From the NCBI GenBank assembly GCA_965202805.1, contig OZ241869.1:2368001-2432000 (forward strand): a stretch of 64,000 nucleotides of DNA, in the 5' to 3' direction. The position numbers and the translations under genes are program-made. Source of the DNA: Longimicrobiales bacterium. Its GTDB lineage: Bacteria; Gemmatimonadota; Gemmatimonadetes; Longimicrobiales; Gaopeijiaceae. The stretch's first letter is position 1; each line of letters starts with the position of its first letter. The notes under the pieces are model-generated. The model made no database searches, had not been told where the DNA came from, and saw only the letters and a program-made list of their open reading frames with translations. Of the stretch, positions 47,758 to 60,120 are shown piece after piece.

Positions 47758-48003
47758 ATGCGTACCTACAACATGCATGAAGCCAAGACGCACCTCTCGC
47801 GCCTGGTTCGAGAGGCCGTCGATGGAGAGCCGTTCATCATCGCCCGCGCGGGCAGGCCGCTGGTCAGGGTGACGGCGGTGGAGGACGAAGAGGGCGGCGC
47901 CGCGCGGCGCCTCGGCTTCCTCGCCGGACACGTCACGCTTCCCCCCGATTTCGATCGCATGGGCAGGAAGAAGATCGAGGCATCGTTCGAGGGCAGATCA
48001 TGA
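47758..48003 (+). CDS. Phd/YefM family antitoxin
   Basis: NMHEAKTHLSRLV..A..GE.FIIARAGRPLV; RRLGFLAG. Confidence 0.92.
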   Translation: MRTYNMHEAKTHLSRLVREAVDGEPFIIARAGRPLVRVTAVEDEEGGAARRLGFLAGHVTLPPDFDRMGRKKIEASFEGRS

Positions 48004-48386
48004 CTTTTCTTCTCGACACCCACCTGCTGCTTTATGCCGCAGGCATGCCCGAGCGGCTTCCAAGCGTCGCGCGCACCCTTCTGGAGGATCCCGAATCGGA
48101 CCTCGTGTTCAGCGCCGCATCCCTCTGGGAGGTCGCGATCAAGAACGGGCTGGGGCGCCAGGATTACCGCGTCGACCCGCGCCTGCTCAGACGGGGACTG
48201 CTCGAGAACGGGTACACGGAACTCCCCGTCGCCGGCTCCCACGCCGTGACGGCAGACCTGCTGCCTCCGGTCAACGGCGATCCCTTCGACCGCATGCTGG
48301 TGGCGCAGGCTCAGATCGAGGGGTTGACGCTGCTTACGCTCGATCCGGTCATCGGGCGCTATCCGGGCCCGATTCGACTGCTCTGA
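48000..48386 (+). CDS. vapC: VapC PIN toxin
   Basis: LLDTHLLL, SAASLWEVAIK, DPFDRMLVAQA; ATGA coupling with the antitoxin. Confidence 0.92.
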   Translation: MTFLLDTHLLLYAAGMPERLPSVARTLLEDPESDLVFSAASLWEVAIKNGLGRQDYRVDPRLLRRGLLENGYTELPVAGSHAVTADLLPPVNGDPFDRMLVAQAQIEGLTLLTLDPVIGRYPGPIRLL

Positions 48387-48392
48387 CGCTCG

Positions 48393-48520
48393 AACGGAAG
48401 GGGCAGTCCGGAGCAACGGAAGGGGCGGTCCGGAGCGCCAGGCACCTGCGGCGGCCGGATGAGTTCTAAGGGGCCGGATGAGTTCTACGGGGGCGGACGA
48501 GTTCTACGGAGGCGGATGAA
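48393..48520. repeat. Short tandem repeats between convergent genes (22-bp x2; 19-bp x ~3.5)
   Basis: AACGGAAGGGGC(A/G)GTCCGGAGC at 48393 and 48415; GG(C/G)CGGA(T/C)GAGTTCTA(A/C)GG at 48453, 48472 and 48491. Confidence 0.8.
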
Positions 48521-48529
48521 GACCGAACC

Positions 48530-49777
48530 TCAGCGCGGCTCCCGCAGCTCGGCCGGCAACCGGGCCAGGAAGGGCTGCTGAACCCCGAGGCTGTCCTCGC
48601 GTACGCCCAGGATGGTATCGCCCCGGATGTCGAAGACGTCGGCCGGGGCACCCAGGTCGAGAACACCCAGGTAGTCGCCCGCGAAGCTGAACACGTCCCA
48701 AAACGGGCCGCCGAAGCCCGACGGCCCCCGGTTGACGTAGGTGATGCGCTGGTCCAGCCTCTCCACGGACCGGACGCGCTGGACCAGGATGAGTTCCGCG
48801 CCGGCCTCGATGTCCGCCACCGCCGGCAGCCTCTCGGGCAGACGAACCATGGTGCGCAGATCCGGAGGGGTTTCGCTCGGATCCATGTTCCGGGCGACGA
48901 TGCCCAGGAGAATCTCGTGCTGTTCCTCATTCAGCAACACTTCGTCGCGATCCCACGAGATCCTCCGCACGGGAACGCCCTGCCGGTAGAGGGTGACCCA
49001 TGGCTCGGACATCCAGCCGGCGACGACCTCGTCCGGCTCGCGCGTGGACCAGACGAGCATGTCGGCCCAGACGGGAAAGCGCCGGTCCACCGGATTGTAG
49101 CGCGGGCGGACCGCGTACACAGCAAGAGTGTCGAGCAGCGTCCCGGTGACGGACCTGTGCGCGAGCACATGCCACGGGGCGGTTGCGGACCAGAGGTGTA
49201 CGGCCAGCGTCGAGTCGTTCGCCGCCCTCCACTCGGGCATGTACGCCTGCATGATGTCCCACCGGTGCGATTCCAACAGGTTGCCGTCACGGTCGAAGAC
49301 GCTCACGGCCTGGTTGAGGGCGTCGGGCACCAGGAGGCGGCCGGATCCGATGCCGACCATCGCTATCGTGGCGTCGCCGCTGATCTCGCCTGGTCCGGAG
49401 CCCCTGCGGCTGATGCGGCGCAGAAAGGAGCCGTCCGGCGAAAACTGCCGCACCTCGGCCGCCTCCCGGTCGAGAACGGCGACCGTCCCGTCATCCAGCA
49501 GCTCGACGCCCGCCACCTCCGCGAAGAGCATCTCCGGAGGACCCTCCATGTCCCCGATGGCCAGGATGTACTCCGCCGGATAGACCGGGCGACCGTAGGC
49601 GGCCAGCGGGCCGTGGCGCACGATCTCGACGCCGGCGCTGTCCTGGACGATGGGGGTGGGGCCGACATCCCCCGGGGCACATCCCGTGGCGACTCCCGCG
49701 AGAACCGCGGCGATGGCGATGCGTCCCGCGGCGAATGACGGAGGACGCGAGAGCGTAGGGGTCACGTATCGATCCAT
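48530..49777 (-). CDS. 6-bladed beta-propeller lipoprotein
   Basis: Lipobox-like ATGC; DSAGVEIV; G.GPGE; WDVF...G.YLG; G...D.LGV. Confidence 0.8.
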   Translation of the reverse strand: MDRYVTPTLSRPPSFAAGRIAIAAVLAGVATGCAPGDVGPTPIVQDSAGVEIVRHGPLAAYGRPVYPAEYILAIGDMEGPPEMLFAEVAGVELLDDGTVAVLDREAAEVRQFSPDGSFLRRISRRGSGPGEISGDATIAMVGIGSGRLLVPDALNQAVSVFDRDGNLLESHRWDIMQAYMPEWRAANDSTLAVHLWSATAPWHVLAHRSVTGTLLDTLAVYAVRPRYNPVDRRFPVWADMLVWSTREPDEVVAGWMSEPWVTLYRQGVPVRRISWDRDEVLLNEEQHEILLGIVARNMDPSETPPDLRTMVRLPERLPAVADIEAGAELILVQRVRSVERLDQRITYVNRGPSGFGGPFWDVFSFAGDYLGVLDLGAPADVFDIRGDTILGVREDSLGVQQPFLARLPAELREPR

Positions 49778-49823
49778 CCGTCAAGGGTCGCGATGATTGC
49801 TTTCTGGCGAGCGGGCGGGCGGT

Positions 49824-50969
49824 TCAGAATCGGATCGGGGTCCGCCAAACCAGGTTGAGCCGGTCGTCGGCAATGAAGAGGAAGCCGAGATCGGAGGCAA
49901 GGCCTGCCGGGGCGGCCAGGGCGGTTTCGCCAGCCTCCAGCCCGGAGCCATTGTACTCCGACGCGCCGTTGCCGGCGAACGTGCGGATGACGCCGGTGGC
50001 GGTTTCGATGGCGCGCACCCGGCGATTCCCACGGTCGGCGACGAAGAGCGTCGCTCCCCCGTTCACGGCCACGACGGTCTCCGGGAAGGCGAGCCTCGCA
50101 CGGACGGCCGGTCCGCCGTCGCCGGTGAAGCCCGGTGTCCCGGTACCGGCGACCGGCGCGATGATGCCCGTTTCCAGGTCGACGGCACGGACGCGCTGGT
50201 CGGCCGCATCGGCGATGTAGAGACGCCCGCCCGCGACCGCCAGCCCGCGAGGCGCTCGCAGGCGGGCCTCTGTGGCGAGCCCGCCGTCGCCGGAGCTGCC
50301 CGCGCGTCCGTCTCCGACGGCGGGGGAGAGGGTGCCGTCGCGGGCGATGCGCCACACGCGGTGCTCGGGCCAGTCGCTCACGAACACGTCACCCGCGTCG
50401 GACACGGCCACGCCGGTCGGCTCCCCGAAACGGGCCTCGGTGGCCGGGAGGCCGCTCGCCGGAGGCACGCCCCCGGGGTCGCCGGCCACAACGGAGACCG
50501 TTCCAGCGCTACCCGCGCCCGGCGTCACCTGGAAGATCCTGCCCGCCTGGCCATCCGCCACCAGCAGGGTGCCGTCGGGGCCGAGCGCGAGGGCTTCGGG
50601 ACGGCGCATGCAGGCGGTCGGACCCGTGCACGTGCGGTGATCCACCAGCGTGACCACATCGCCGTTGGCGTGAACCGCGAGGATGCGTGCCGCCAGGCGG
50701 TCGGCGATGTAGAGCGTCCCGTCCGCCCCCAGCGCCAAACCTCGCGGCGAGGACAGGTCGAGGTCGGTGGCGGGTACGCGCTCCGCGGGCTCGAGGTCAT
50801 CCGGCCTCCCGGCCACGATCCGCATGATGCCTGGCGCATCCCCGAGAATCACGACCGGGTCACCGCACCCTGCGAACGCGGCTGCGAGCATCAGCGCCGC
50901 TGCCGTCCGTACGGCTGCGAGCATGAGTACGAGGCGGCCACCCGTCACGGCCCGGCGTCCGTGCCTCAC
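49824..50969 (-). CDS. NHL-repeat lipoprotein
   Basis: FAGC lipobox; repeats P.GLA....LYIAD; G..G..GDGG.A..ARL..P. Confidence 0.85.
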   Translation of the reverse strand: MRHGRRAVTGGRLVLMLAAVRTAAALMLAAAFAGCGDPVVILGDAPGIMRIVAGRPDDLEPAERVPATDLDLSSPRGLALGADGTLYIADRLAARILAVHANGDVVTLVDHRTCTGPTACMRRPEALALGPDGTLLVADGQAGRIFQVTPGAGSAGTVSVVAGDPGGVPPASGLPATEARFGEPTGVAVSDAGDVFVSDWPEHRVWRIARDGTLSPAVGDGRAGSSGDGGLATEARLRAPRGLAVAGGRLYIADAADQRVRAVDLETGIIAPVAGTGTPGFTGDGGPAVRARLAFPETVVAVNGGATLFVADRGNRRVRAIETATGVIRTFAGNGASEYNGSGLEAGETALAAPAGLASDLGFLFIADDRLNLVWRTPIRF

Positions 50970-51001
50970 ACTCTTCCCGCCCCGCGCGGCCCATCCGGCG
51001 A

Positions 51002-52297
51002 TCACGATCCTCCTCCTCCGAACGCCACCACCCAGAGGTCGTGCTTTCCGCCGGTCAGCAAGCGGACGTACGCCAACCGGCTGCCATCGGGCGAAATCGC
51101 GGGCTCGCGGGCGCCTTCGGTGCCGGGAATCGGCGTCGCCGCCCCTCCCCCGACGGAAGCCGTCCACAAGTGTCCGTCCCGCCGGAAGACCAGCCGGCCC
51201 GAGTCGGGCGTCCATACGGGCTCCTCGCCCGACCCCAGTTCGCGGGTTTCCGACCCATCCGGCCGAACCAGTGCGATCCTCCGGTCCTTCACCTCGTAGT
51301 CCAGCCGCTCCTGCCGACAGACCGGGCCCAGAAACCCCGAGTGGGTGCAACTCGCGGTAACGGGGTCGCCCCGCACCAGCCGTGTGAACGCGATCCATTC
51401 GCCGTTCGGCGACCACGCGGGAGACACGCCGTCGTCGGTGCCGGGCACCGCTTCCGCCCGGGAGGAGGCGGGGTCCCAGAGAAGTACCTGAAGCCCGTCG
51501 CTGAATGCGACACGAGTGCCGCCCGGATTCCAACTGGGACGGAACAGGGGTGGATTCTCCTCGTGGAACAGGCGTTGGAAGGGATGGTAGCGGATGCGGA
51601 AGAAGCCGGGCAGAAACGGATCACCGCGCACCGGCACGAACTCCCGTCCCTCGAGGGGTACCACGAGCGAGCGCTCGGGTTGCGGCGAACCACCTCCTTC
51701 CCGATCCATGACGTGAAGCCGGATCTCGCCCAGGCGTGAGGCGATCGGCAGAGCGCCGGAGGGATCGCAAACCACGTTGACCGCCGGACAGAGATCTTCG
51801 TCCGCCACCGCCCAAATCTCCACGTAGGCCGCCCGCACTCCGTCGGGGGACGGCGCCGGGCTGGCGAGCCAGCGCGATGCGCCGCCGGGAAACTGGAACG
51901 CCGGGAGCAGCGCCGCCGCGGTCCCGCCCGTCGCCGCGATCTTCATCAGGACGCCCGGACCTTCCGCGAACGGCGCAAAGCCCTCCGCGGCATAGGCCAG
52001 CGAGTCGGGCCCGAGCCAGACGGGCGTACGCTCGTCGAGAGCGGAGAAGGTGAGCTGAAGCGGACCGTCTGCTTCGATGGTCGGACGGTCCGCAGAGTCG
52101 AAGGGAGCCGTGGCTTCCCTGCAGCCGAGGACGCACAGCGCCCAGAACGCCATCCACGCGCCCCGGCGCATCCGCCGAGTCCCGCAAGGACGCGCCTTCC
52201 GGCGAATCGTCCTGATCCATGCGCCCCGACGGCGCATGTCCCCTCCATTCCACTTCATGCCCGCGCGCATCTTGCACTTCATGCCCGCGCGCATCAT
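51002..52297 (-). CDS. TolB-like (PD40 repeat) beta-propeller lipoprotein; start uncertain
   Basis: VLGC lipobox; SPAPSPDG, PAWSPNG, PVWTPDS, PAISPDG repeats. Confidence 0.8.
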   Translation of the reverse strand: MMRAGMKCKMRAGMKWNGGDMRRRGAWIRTIRRKARPCGTRRMRRGAWMAFWALCVLGCREATAPFDSADRPTIEADGPLQLTFSALDERTPVWLGPDSLAYAAEGFAPFAEGPGVLMKIAATGGTAAALLPAFQFPGGASRWLASPAPSPDGVRAAYVEIWAVADEDLCPAVNVVCDPSGALPIASRLGEIRLHVMDREGGGSPQPERSLVVPLEGREFVPVRGDPFLPGFFRIRYHPFQRLFHEENPPLFRPSWNPGGTRVAFSDGLQVLLWDPASSRAEAVPGTDDGVSPAWSPNGEWIAFTRLVRGDPVTASCTHSGFLGPVCRQERLDYEVKDRRIALVRPDGSETRELGSGEEPVWTPDSGRLVFRRDGHLWTASVGGGAATPIPGTEGAREPAISPDGSRLAYVRLLTGGKHDLWVVAFGGGGS

Positions 52298-55182
52298 CGG
52301 AACGCCACCTCGACGCCCAGCCTGAGCTGCAGCGGCTCGTCGAAGAACAGGGACGGATCCAAACGGTCCAGGGCGGCCGCCAACCGCACCGTTCGGTATT
52401 CCAGATCGGTGATGCGTCCGTTGCCGTCCAGATCGGCGAGCGCGCTGTAGCGAGGCGATTCCCGCGGGATGGCGCCGCCTGCCCCGCCCCGCGCCAGTTC
52501 GAGCAGTTCCGATGCGGGGGGCGCGATCGTGCCCGTATCCCGGCGAAGTGCCAGAACGTTCTCGCGGTCGAGGAGGTTGCGCCCGTCGACTACGATTCGC
52601 CAGCGGCAGTCGGAGCAGGCGGGCAGGTCGCCGAGTTCCAGCGTGGCGCGCAGGTCGAGTTGTACGATCCAGGGCAGGAAGCGGGCGAGATTGGCGCCCT
52701 CCCCTTCGCGCTCCGGTTGCAGGAGCGTGCGGTCCAGGGGATACCCGCTCTTGGCCGCGGTGGCGAGAGTGACGCCCCAGCGCCGGTCGGCGTCTCCGGC
52801 GGGACGGCCCGCGAAGACGGCCAGGTTCGCGGAGTGACGCCGGTCGAAAGCCAGGGGAAACTCCTCGCGGGTGGCGTCGGGGTCCTCGATCTCCGGGTCG
52901 AGCGCCGTCGAAACCACGCCCACCGCCTTCTGCAGCGCGTAGCCCAGGCGAACGCGCAACAACGGCCACCGGGCGCGTACCGACATCTCAGCGCCCCGGA
53001 CCGTTCCGAAGTCTCCTCCCGTGAACTGGCCCCTGGAGAACCCGGCAAAACGCAGGCTGCCGGTCACCAGATTGTTCAGCTCCTTGCGAAACCCGACCAG
53101 CGAAACGCCGGCGCTCTCGCCGATCTGACGAGTGATCCCGAACTCGAGGCTGGTGCCCTTCTCGAATGCCAGATCCGGGTTGCCCTGGCGGCGGATGTCA
53201 GTTCTGAGAGAGTCGCCGAGCGTGGTGTCGAGGAAGAAGCGGAAGTCGGGAGGCTGCGCGACCTGACTGTAGTTGAAGCGGAAGGCCAGCTGGCCGTCCG
53301 TTCCCGGAACCGGCCCCGACAGGCCGATGCGCGGGGCGGCGCCGATCTTCCAGCCCGCGCGCGTCCCCGGGGCGAGGAAGTCCACCCGGTGGTGCCGGTA
53401 ATCGAGGCCCGCCCGGAAGGCGTCGATTCTCCCGCCGAAGGTGAGGGTGATCTCATCCTCGGCGGCGAGGCGCGCGTCCACGAAGGCGCTCACCGACCCC
53501 GGGTAGAAGAGCGCATAGCCTGGCGAGGATCCGGCCAGAAAGCTCCTCGTCCGCTCGTACGATTCCACGCGATAGAGCCTGGTCCCGGCACCGGCGCCGA
53601 GGACGTGTCCGGCGGACGACAGCAGCTCGGCGAAGAGGTCGGCGCCGACGAACTCGGTGCGCGTCCAGTTGGCGATGCCGGGCGTCCCTTCGGTGAAGAA
53701 GATGCCCTCCGCCGCGGGCCCGAAGGGAGATCCGACGGAGCCGCCGGGGGGAACGTATCCGGGCACCGGCGTTCCGGACTTCAATTGATCCTGGACCGGG
53801 CTGCGCACGAACTCCTCGCCCAGAAAGGAAAGGCCGGCCGGCCCGAATCCGGCGAGGGTGCGGCGGCCCGCCCGGGAGTCCGGATCGACCACTCCCAGGT
53901 AGCGGTCCAGCCGCATGGCGGAGCCCCGCACCGTAACATGCGCGCCCCCTCCGAGCCCCTGCCGGGACCAGTCCAGCGACGCCGCGGCGAGTGTGCCGTC
54001 CGTCCGCTGTCCGAGCTGGTGGTCGGGGTTGTATTTGAACTCGGAGGTGTACAGCCCGGACTGCACCCGGTTGTGCAGGAGCGTGGTCGTCAGGGCCAGA
54101 CCGTCCGTGATCGGCCGGTCGATGCGCGCGAACGCCAGCAGCTTGTCGCCGGCCTGGTGGGGGAAGGCGGCCGCCGTGTAGGGACAGCTCAGTTCCGCGG
54201 TGGCCGGATGCCCCGCCACCCGCTCGATGAGCGCGTCCAGTTCGGCATCCCCGTCGCCGGGCCGGAGACAGGTCAGGCCGCGCGCGCGTGGCTCGGCATC
54301 GAGCATGCCCTGGGCGAGCACGCTGGCGAACACCACCGACCCCCGCCCGAGCACCGGCGCGGGCCCGCCGCCGGAAGCCGTGAGCGCCGTGAATCCCCGG
54401 AACAGCTGCTCCGGGGCCCAGTGGTCGGTGCGGACAGCCGCCGTCCCCCGCCAACGTTCCGCATCTCCGCGCCTCGTCGTGTAGTGCACGACCCCGGAGA
54501 GCGCCGATCCGAAGCGGGCTCCAAGCCCCCCGGTCACCACCTCGATCTCCTCGAGGGCGTCGGAGGGGTGTTCCAGCGCCGGACCCTGGGACGATGCCTC
54601 GAACCGGTTCTTGAACTCCAGCCCGTCGACCACGTAGGCCTCCTGTCCGATGCGCCCGCCGCGGAAGTGGCCATCGCTGACGCCCGGGGCCAGCTCGATG
54701 GCCTGCGAGACTTCGTCGATCGGCAGCTCGCGCAACTCTCTGGCCTGGATGAGTTCGTGCGTTGCGCTTACTTCGGGCTCCACAAGGCGAACGCGCTCGA
54801 CCTCCACCCGGATCTCGTCGAGTTCCAGAGACTCGGGTTCCAGCTCGACGAGGATGCGGACCGGCTGCCCCGGTCGCACGCGAACACCCTCGACGGTCAT
54901 GGGGGTGTAGCCGAGCAGAGTGACCGTCGCCGCCCGGTCGCCGAAGGGCACCGCCACCAGGATGAAGCGCCCGTCGGGTGCGGAAGAAGTCCGAAGCGCC
55001 GTGCCCTCCACCACGAAGAGCGCATCCTGGAGCGCCTCGCCGGTCGATGCATCGACGACCCGACCCAGGATGCTGCCGGCGTTTTGCGCCGCAGCCCGCC
55101 CCGGCACGGCAAGGACACCGGCGAGGGTGAGCATACCGGCCAGTCGGACGATCCGTCGTGCGTGCGCGAAACGCGCGTTCAC
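52294..55182 (-). CDS. TonB-dependent receptor with N-terminal carboxypeptidase-regulatory-like domain
   Basis: Signal peptide AAAQ; plug HFRGGR..YVVDG; TGG..A.FG.ALSGVV; GNPDL..E; C-terminal LRLGVEVAF; GTGA overlap with the coxE stop. Confidence 0.88.
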   Translation of the reverse strand: MNARFAHARRIVRLAGMLTLAGVLAVPGRAAAQNAGSILGRVVDASTGEALQDALFVVEGTALRTSSAPDGRFILVAVPFGDRAATVTLLGYTPMTVEGVRVRPGQPVRILVELEPESLELDEIRVEVERVRLVEPEVSATHELIQARELRELPIDEVSQAIELAPGVSDGHFRGGRIGQEAYVVDGLEFKNRFEASSQGPALEHPSDALEEIEVVTGGLGARFGSALSGVVHYTTRRGDAERWRGTAAVRTDHWAPEQLFRGFTALTASGGGPAPVLGRGSVVFASVLAQGMLDAEPRARGLTCLRPGDGDAELDALIERVAGHPATAELSCPYTAAAFPHQAGDKLLAFARIDRPITDGLALTTTLLHNRVQSGLYTSEFKYNPDHQLGQRTDGTLAAASLDWSRQGLGGGAHVTVRGSAMRLDRYLGVVDPDSRAGRRTLAGFGPAGLSFLGEEFVRSPVQDQLKSGTPVPGYVPPGGSVGSPFGPAAEGIFFTEGTPGIANWTRTEFVGADLFAELLSSAGHVLGAGAGTRLYRVESYERTRSFLAGSSPGYALFYPGSVSAFVDARLAAEDEITLTFGGRIDAFRAGLDYRHHRVDFLAPGTRAGWKIGAAPRIGLSGPVPGTDGQLAFRFNYSQVAQPPDFRFFLDTTLGDSLRTDIRRQGNPDLAFEKGTSLEFGITRQIGESAGVSLVGFRKELNNLVTGSLRFAGFSRGQFTGGDFGTVRGAEMSVRARWPLLRVRLGYALQKAVGVVSTALDPEIEDPDATREEFPLAFDRRHSANLAVFAGRPAGDADRRWGVTLATAAKSGYPLDRTLLQPEREGEGANLARFLPWIVQLDLRATLELGDLPACSDCRWRIVVDGRNLLDRENVLALRRDTGTIAPPASELLELARGGAGGAIPRESPRYSALADLDGNGRITDLEYRTVRLAAALDRLDPSLFFDEPLQLRLGVEVAFR

Positions 55183-56396
55183 GACACGAGGTGGCGACGG
55201 GTCAAGCGGCTGCGACCGGACGGATCGCTCGCGGGCCCCAACGCTCTCGCCAGGGCCTCCACGCTCGCTAGGTTGTGCACCGGCCGATGCTCGTCCACTT
55301 CGGGGAGGAGCGCCCGGATGCCCGCGGCTCGGGGCGCGAACTCCTCGAAGCGCAGCAGGGGGTTCAGCCAGATCAGCCGCCGGCACGACTTCCTCAGCCG
55401 CCGGGCCTCGAAGGCGATCCCGCTCGCGCCTTCCCGGTCGAGTCCGTCCGTCACCAGCAGAACCACCGCGCCCTCCGCCAGCAGGCGCCTCGACCAGTGC
55501 AGGTTGAAGGCCCGCAGCGCCGCCCCGATGCGCGTGCCGCCGTACCAGTCGAGCACCGTCCGCCCCACGCGCTCCATCGCCCGGTCCATGTCCTGGTCGC
55601 GCAGCAGCCGCGTGACGTTGGTGAGCCGGGTTCCGAACAGGAAGGTGTGGATGCGCTCGCTCGCGTTCGTGAGCGTGTGGAAGAAGTGCAGCAGGATGCG
55701 CGAATAGGTCTCCATCGACCCCGAGATGTCGCAGATGGCCACGAGGGTCGGGCGGCGCGTGGCGTGTGAGCGTCGCCTCAGCGCCATGGGATACCCGCCG
55801 GTGCGCAGGCTCGCCCGCAAAGTGCGGCGCGCGTCGATCCCCGGCCCGTAGGGATCCGGGCGAAAGCGGCGCGTCCTGATCGGCCGCAGATCCGGCGTCA
55901 CACGGCGGAGCGCCTCCCTGGCCTGCCGGACCTCCTCTGCGCTCATCTGCTCGAAGTCCTTGGTGCGCAGCGCCTCCGAGGGCGAGAAGGCCATGCGCAT
56001 GGTGATCTCCTCGCCCTCCCCCGTTCGCGTGGTCCCGGTGTAGCCCGGAGCCGTCCCCGGCGACAGTCGGGCCGGGGCCCGCTCTCCCGGCTCGCTCTCG
56101 CCCATGCGCGACGTGGAGAGCAGCGCCTGCAGGGCCTCGTCCCGCCCCAGCGGATCCCGCCAGAATAGGCGAAAGGCGCTGTCGAAGATGGTGCGCTGCT
56201 CCGGGGCGGACACCAGGGTCCCGTGCAACGCCCAGTAGAACTGGCTCCGGTCGGTGGTGTCGACGGCCCCGAGGGCGCGCGCGGCGGAGATGGTGTGACC
56301 GGGACCCACCGGCAGTCCGGCCCCGCGCAGCATGCGCACGAAGTGGGCGAGGTTGTCGGCCAGCATTCCGGGCGGGCTGATCGGTTGTGGGGCCAT
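55179..56396 (-). CDS. coxE: CoxE-like VWA protein
   Basis: CDISGSM..YSR..L.F; FGTRLTNVTR; DWYGGTRIG; TDGLDR; WLNPLL. Confidence 0.9.
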   Translation of the reverse strand: MAPQPISPPGMLADNLAHFVRMLRGAGLPVGPGHTISAARALGAVDTTDRSQFYWALHGTLVSAPEQRTIFDSAFRLFWRDPLGRDEALQALLSTSRMGESEPGERAPARLSPGTAPGYTGTTRTGEGEEITMRMAFSPSEALRTKDFEQMSAEEVRQAREALRRVTPDLRPIRTRRFRPDPYGPGIDARRTLRASLRTGGYPMALRRRSHATRRPTLVAICDISGSMETYSRILLHFFHTLTNASERIHTFLFGTRLTNVTRLLRDQDMDRAMERVGRTVLDWYGGTRIGAALRAFNLHWSRRLLAEGAVVLLVTDGLDREGASGIAFEARRLRKSCRRLIWLNPLLRFEEFAPRAAGIRALLPEVDEHRPVHNLASVEALARALGPASDPSGRSRLTRRHLVS

Positions 56397-56458
56397 GTCA
56401 GGGGCGTTGCTGTCCGCGATGAAATGCCTGGAAGGTTGGAGCGACAGCCGGCGGCGGC

Positions 56459-58006
<1,548 letters not shown>

Positions 58007-58091
58007 GCCATCTGCGGAACGCGGCACGCCGCCTGCCGAACCCGGCAAGCCATCTCCCTTTTGCGCCAAGCCATCTCGCGAAGGCAGCAGC

Positions 58092-58988
58092 CTATCTCCC
58101 GAACGAGTACGAAAAGTTGATGAGCGGCACGCAGCAACCGCCGTCGCCGTCGGCGAAGGCACCCATGGCTCCGACCTCGGTGTTGAAGCGGTCCCCGATG
58201 ATGCGAACTCCGCCGGACAGCACGACGCCGACGGCGTCGGGAAGGACGTAGTTCTCCGTGATGAGCTTGATCCGCCGGCTGACCCGGGTTTCGCCCCCGA
58301 GCATGAACGCCGGCTCGTTGATGACGTCGCCCCCCGAATAGAAATAGCCGATCCCCGCGGACAGGGCTTCGTCCTTGTCACCGAACGTTCCCACCGCGTA
58401 TGCGACCCCGACGACCTCGTTATCGAAGAAGAAGGCGAGCGTTCCGATGGATGCCTGCACCTCGGGTTGCCGGATTATCTGCAGCTTCGGACCGAGGTAG
58501 AACGGCTCGAGCTCCCCGAAGAGAACGGGCGCCCCGCCAACGATCGTGAAACGGTCGGTGATTCCGACCGCGGCGAAGGGCAGGACGACCACGTAGGTGC
58601 CGATGTACGACTCCCCGCGCTCGAGCGAGCGCCCGGTGGAGGTGAAGAACAGCCGGGTGCCGCCGGGATCCTCGGTCCGGAACTCGCCGTCGACGGTCTG
58701 TCCACGTGCCGGACGGACACCCTCGATCCCGGTCCGTTCGACATCGAGGCGGGCACCGCCCACGGTCTCGAACACCACCCGCTCCTGGTCGAGCTCCACC
58801 ACGCGCGCAAAGATCACTGAGCCGTCCCCGAGCCGAACCTCGTAGATGGCATCACTCGGAGCGGGGATGTCGGGGGGTGTCTGAGCGCGGGCCGCGACGG
58901 GGAGGAACACCGTGGCCACCAGGGCGGCAGCGGAGAGGAGAAAAGTGCCAACCAGCGACGTGGGCGATGTCCGGCGCAAGCTGTGCAT
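58092..58988 (-). CDS. Secreted or outer-membrane hypothetical protein
   Basis: Signal peptide ARAQ; TRLFFTSTGRSL; amphipathic beta strands; C-terminal FSYSF. Confidence 0.7.
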   Translation of the reverse strand: MHSLRRTSPTSLVGTFLLSAAALVATVFLPVAARAQTPPDIPAPSDAIYEVRLGDGSVIFARVVELDQERVVFETVGGARLDVERTGIEGVRPARGQTVDGEFRTEDPGGTRLFFTSTGRSLERGESYIGTYVVVLPFAAVGITDRFTIVGGAPVLFGELEPFYLGPKLQIIRQPEVQASIGTLAFFFDNEVVGVAYAVGTFGDKDEALSAGIGYFYSGGDVINEPAFMLGGETRVSRRIKLITENYVLPDAVGVVLSGGVRIIGDRFNTEVGAMGAFADGDGGCCVPLINFSYSFGR

Positions 58989-59078
58989 GTGGCTCCTTCT
59001 GAGCAGTCGATTCCGCGAGTCGGAGATTGTCCTGCCGAATACACTGTCCTGGCAGGAAAGGGGCCAATCCGGCCTGGC

Positions 59079-60098
<1,020 letters not shown>

Positions 60099-60120
60099 CT
60101 GACGGCTTCGCCGGACTCCG

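Noticed and set aside
48453..48520. Possible mini CRISPR array
   Set aside because: The 19-bp units are contiguous with no unique spacers, and no cas genes are present.
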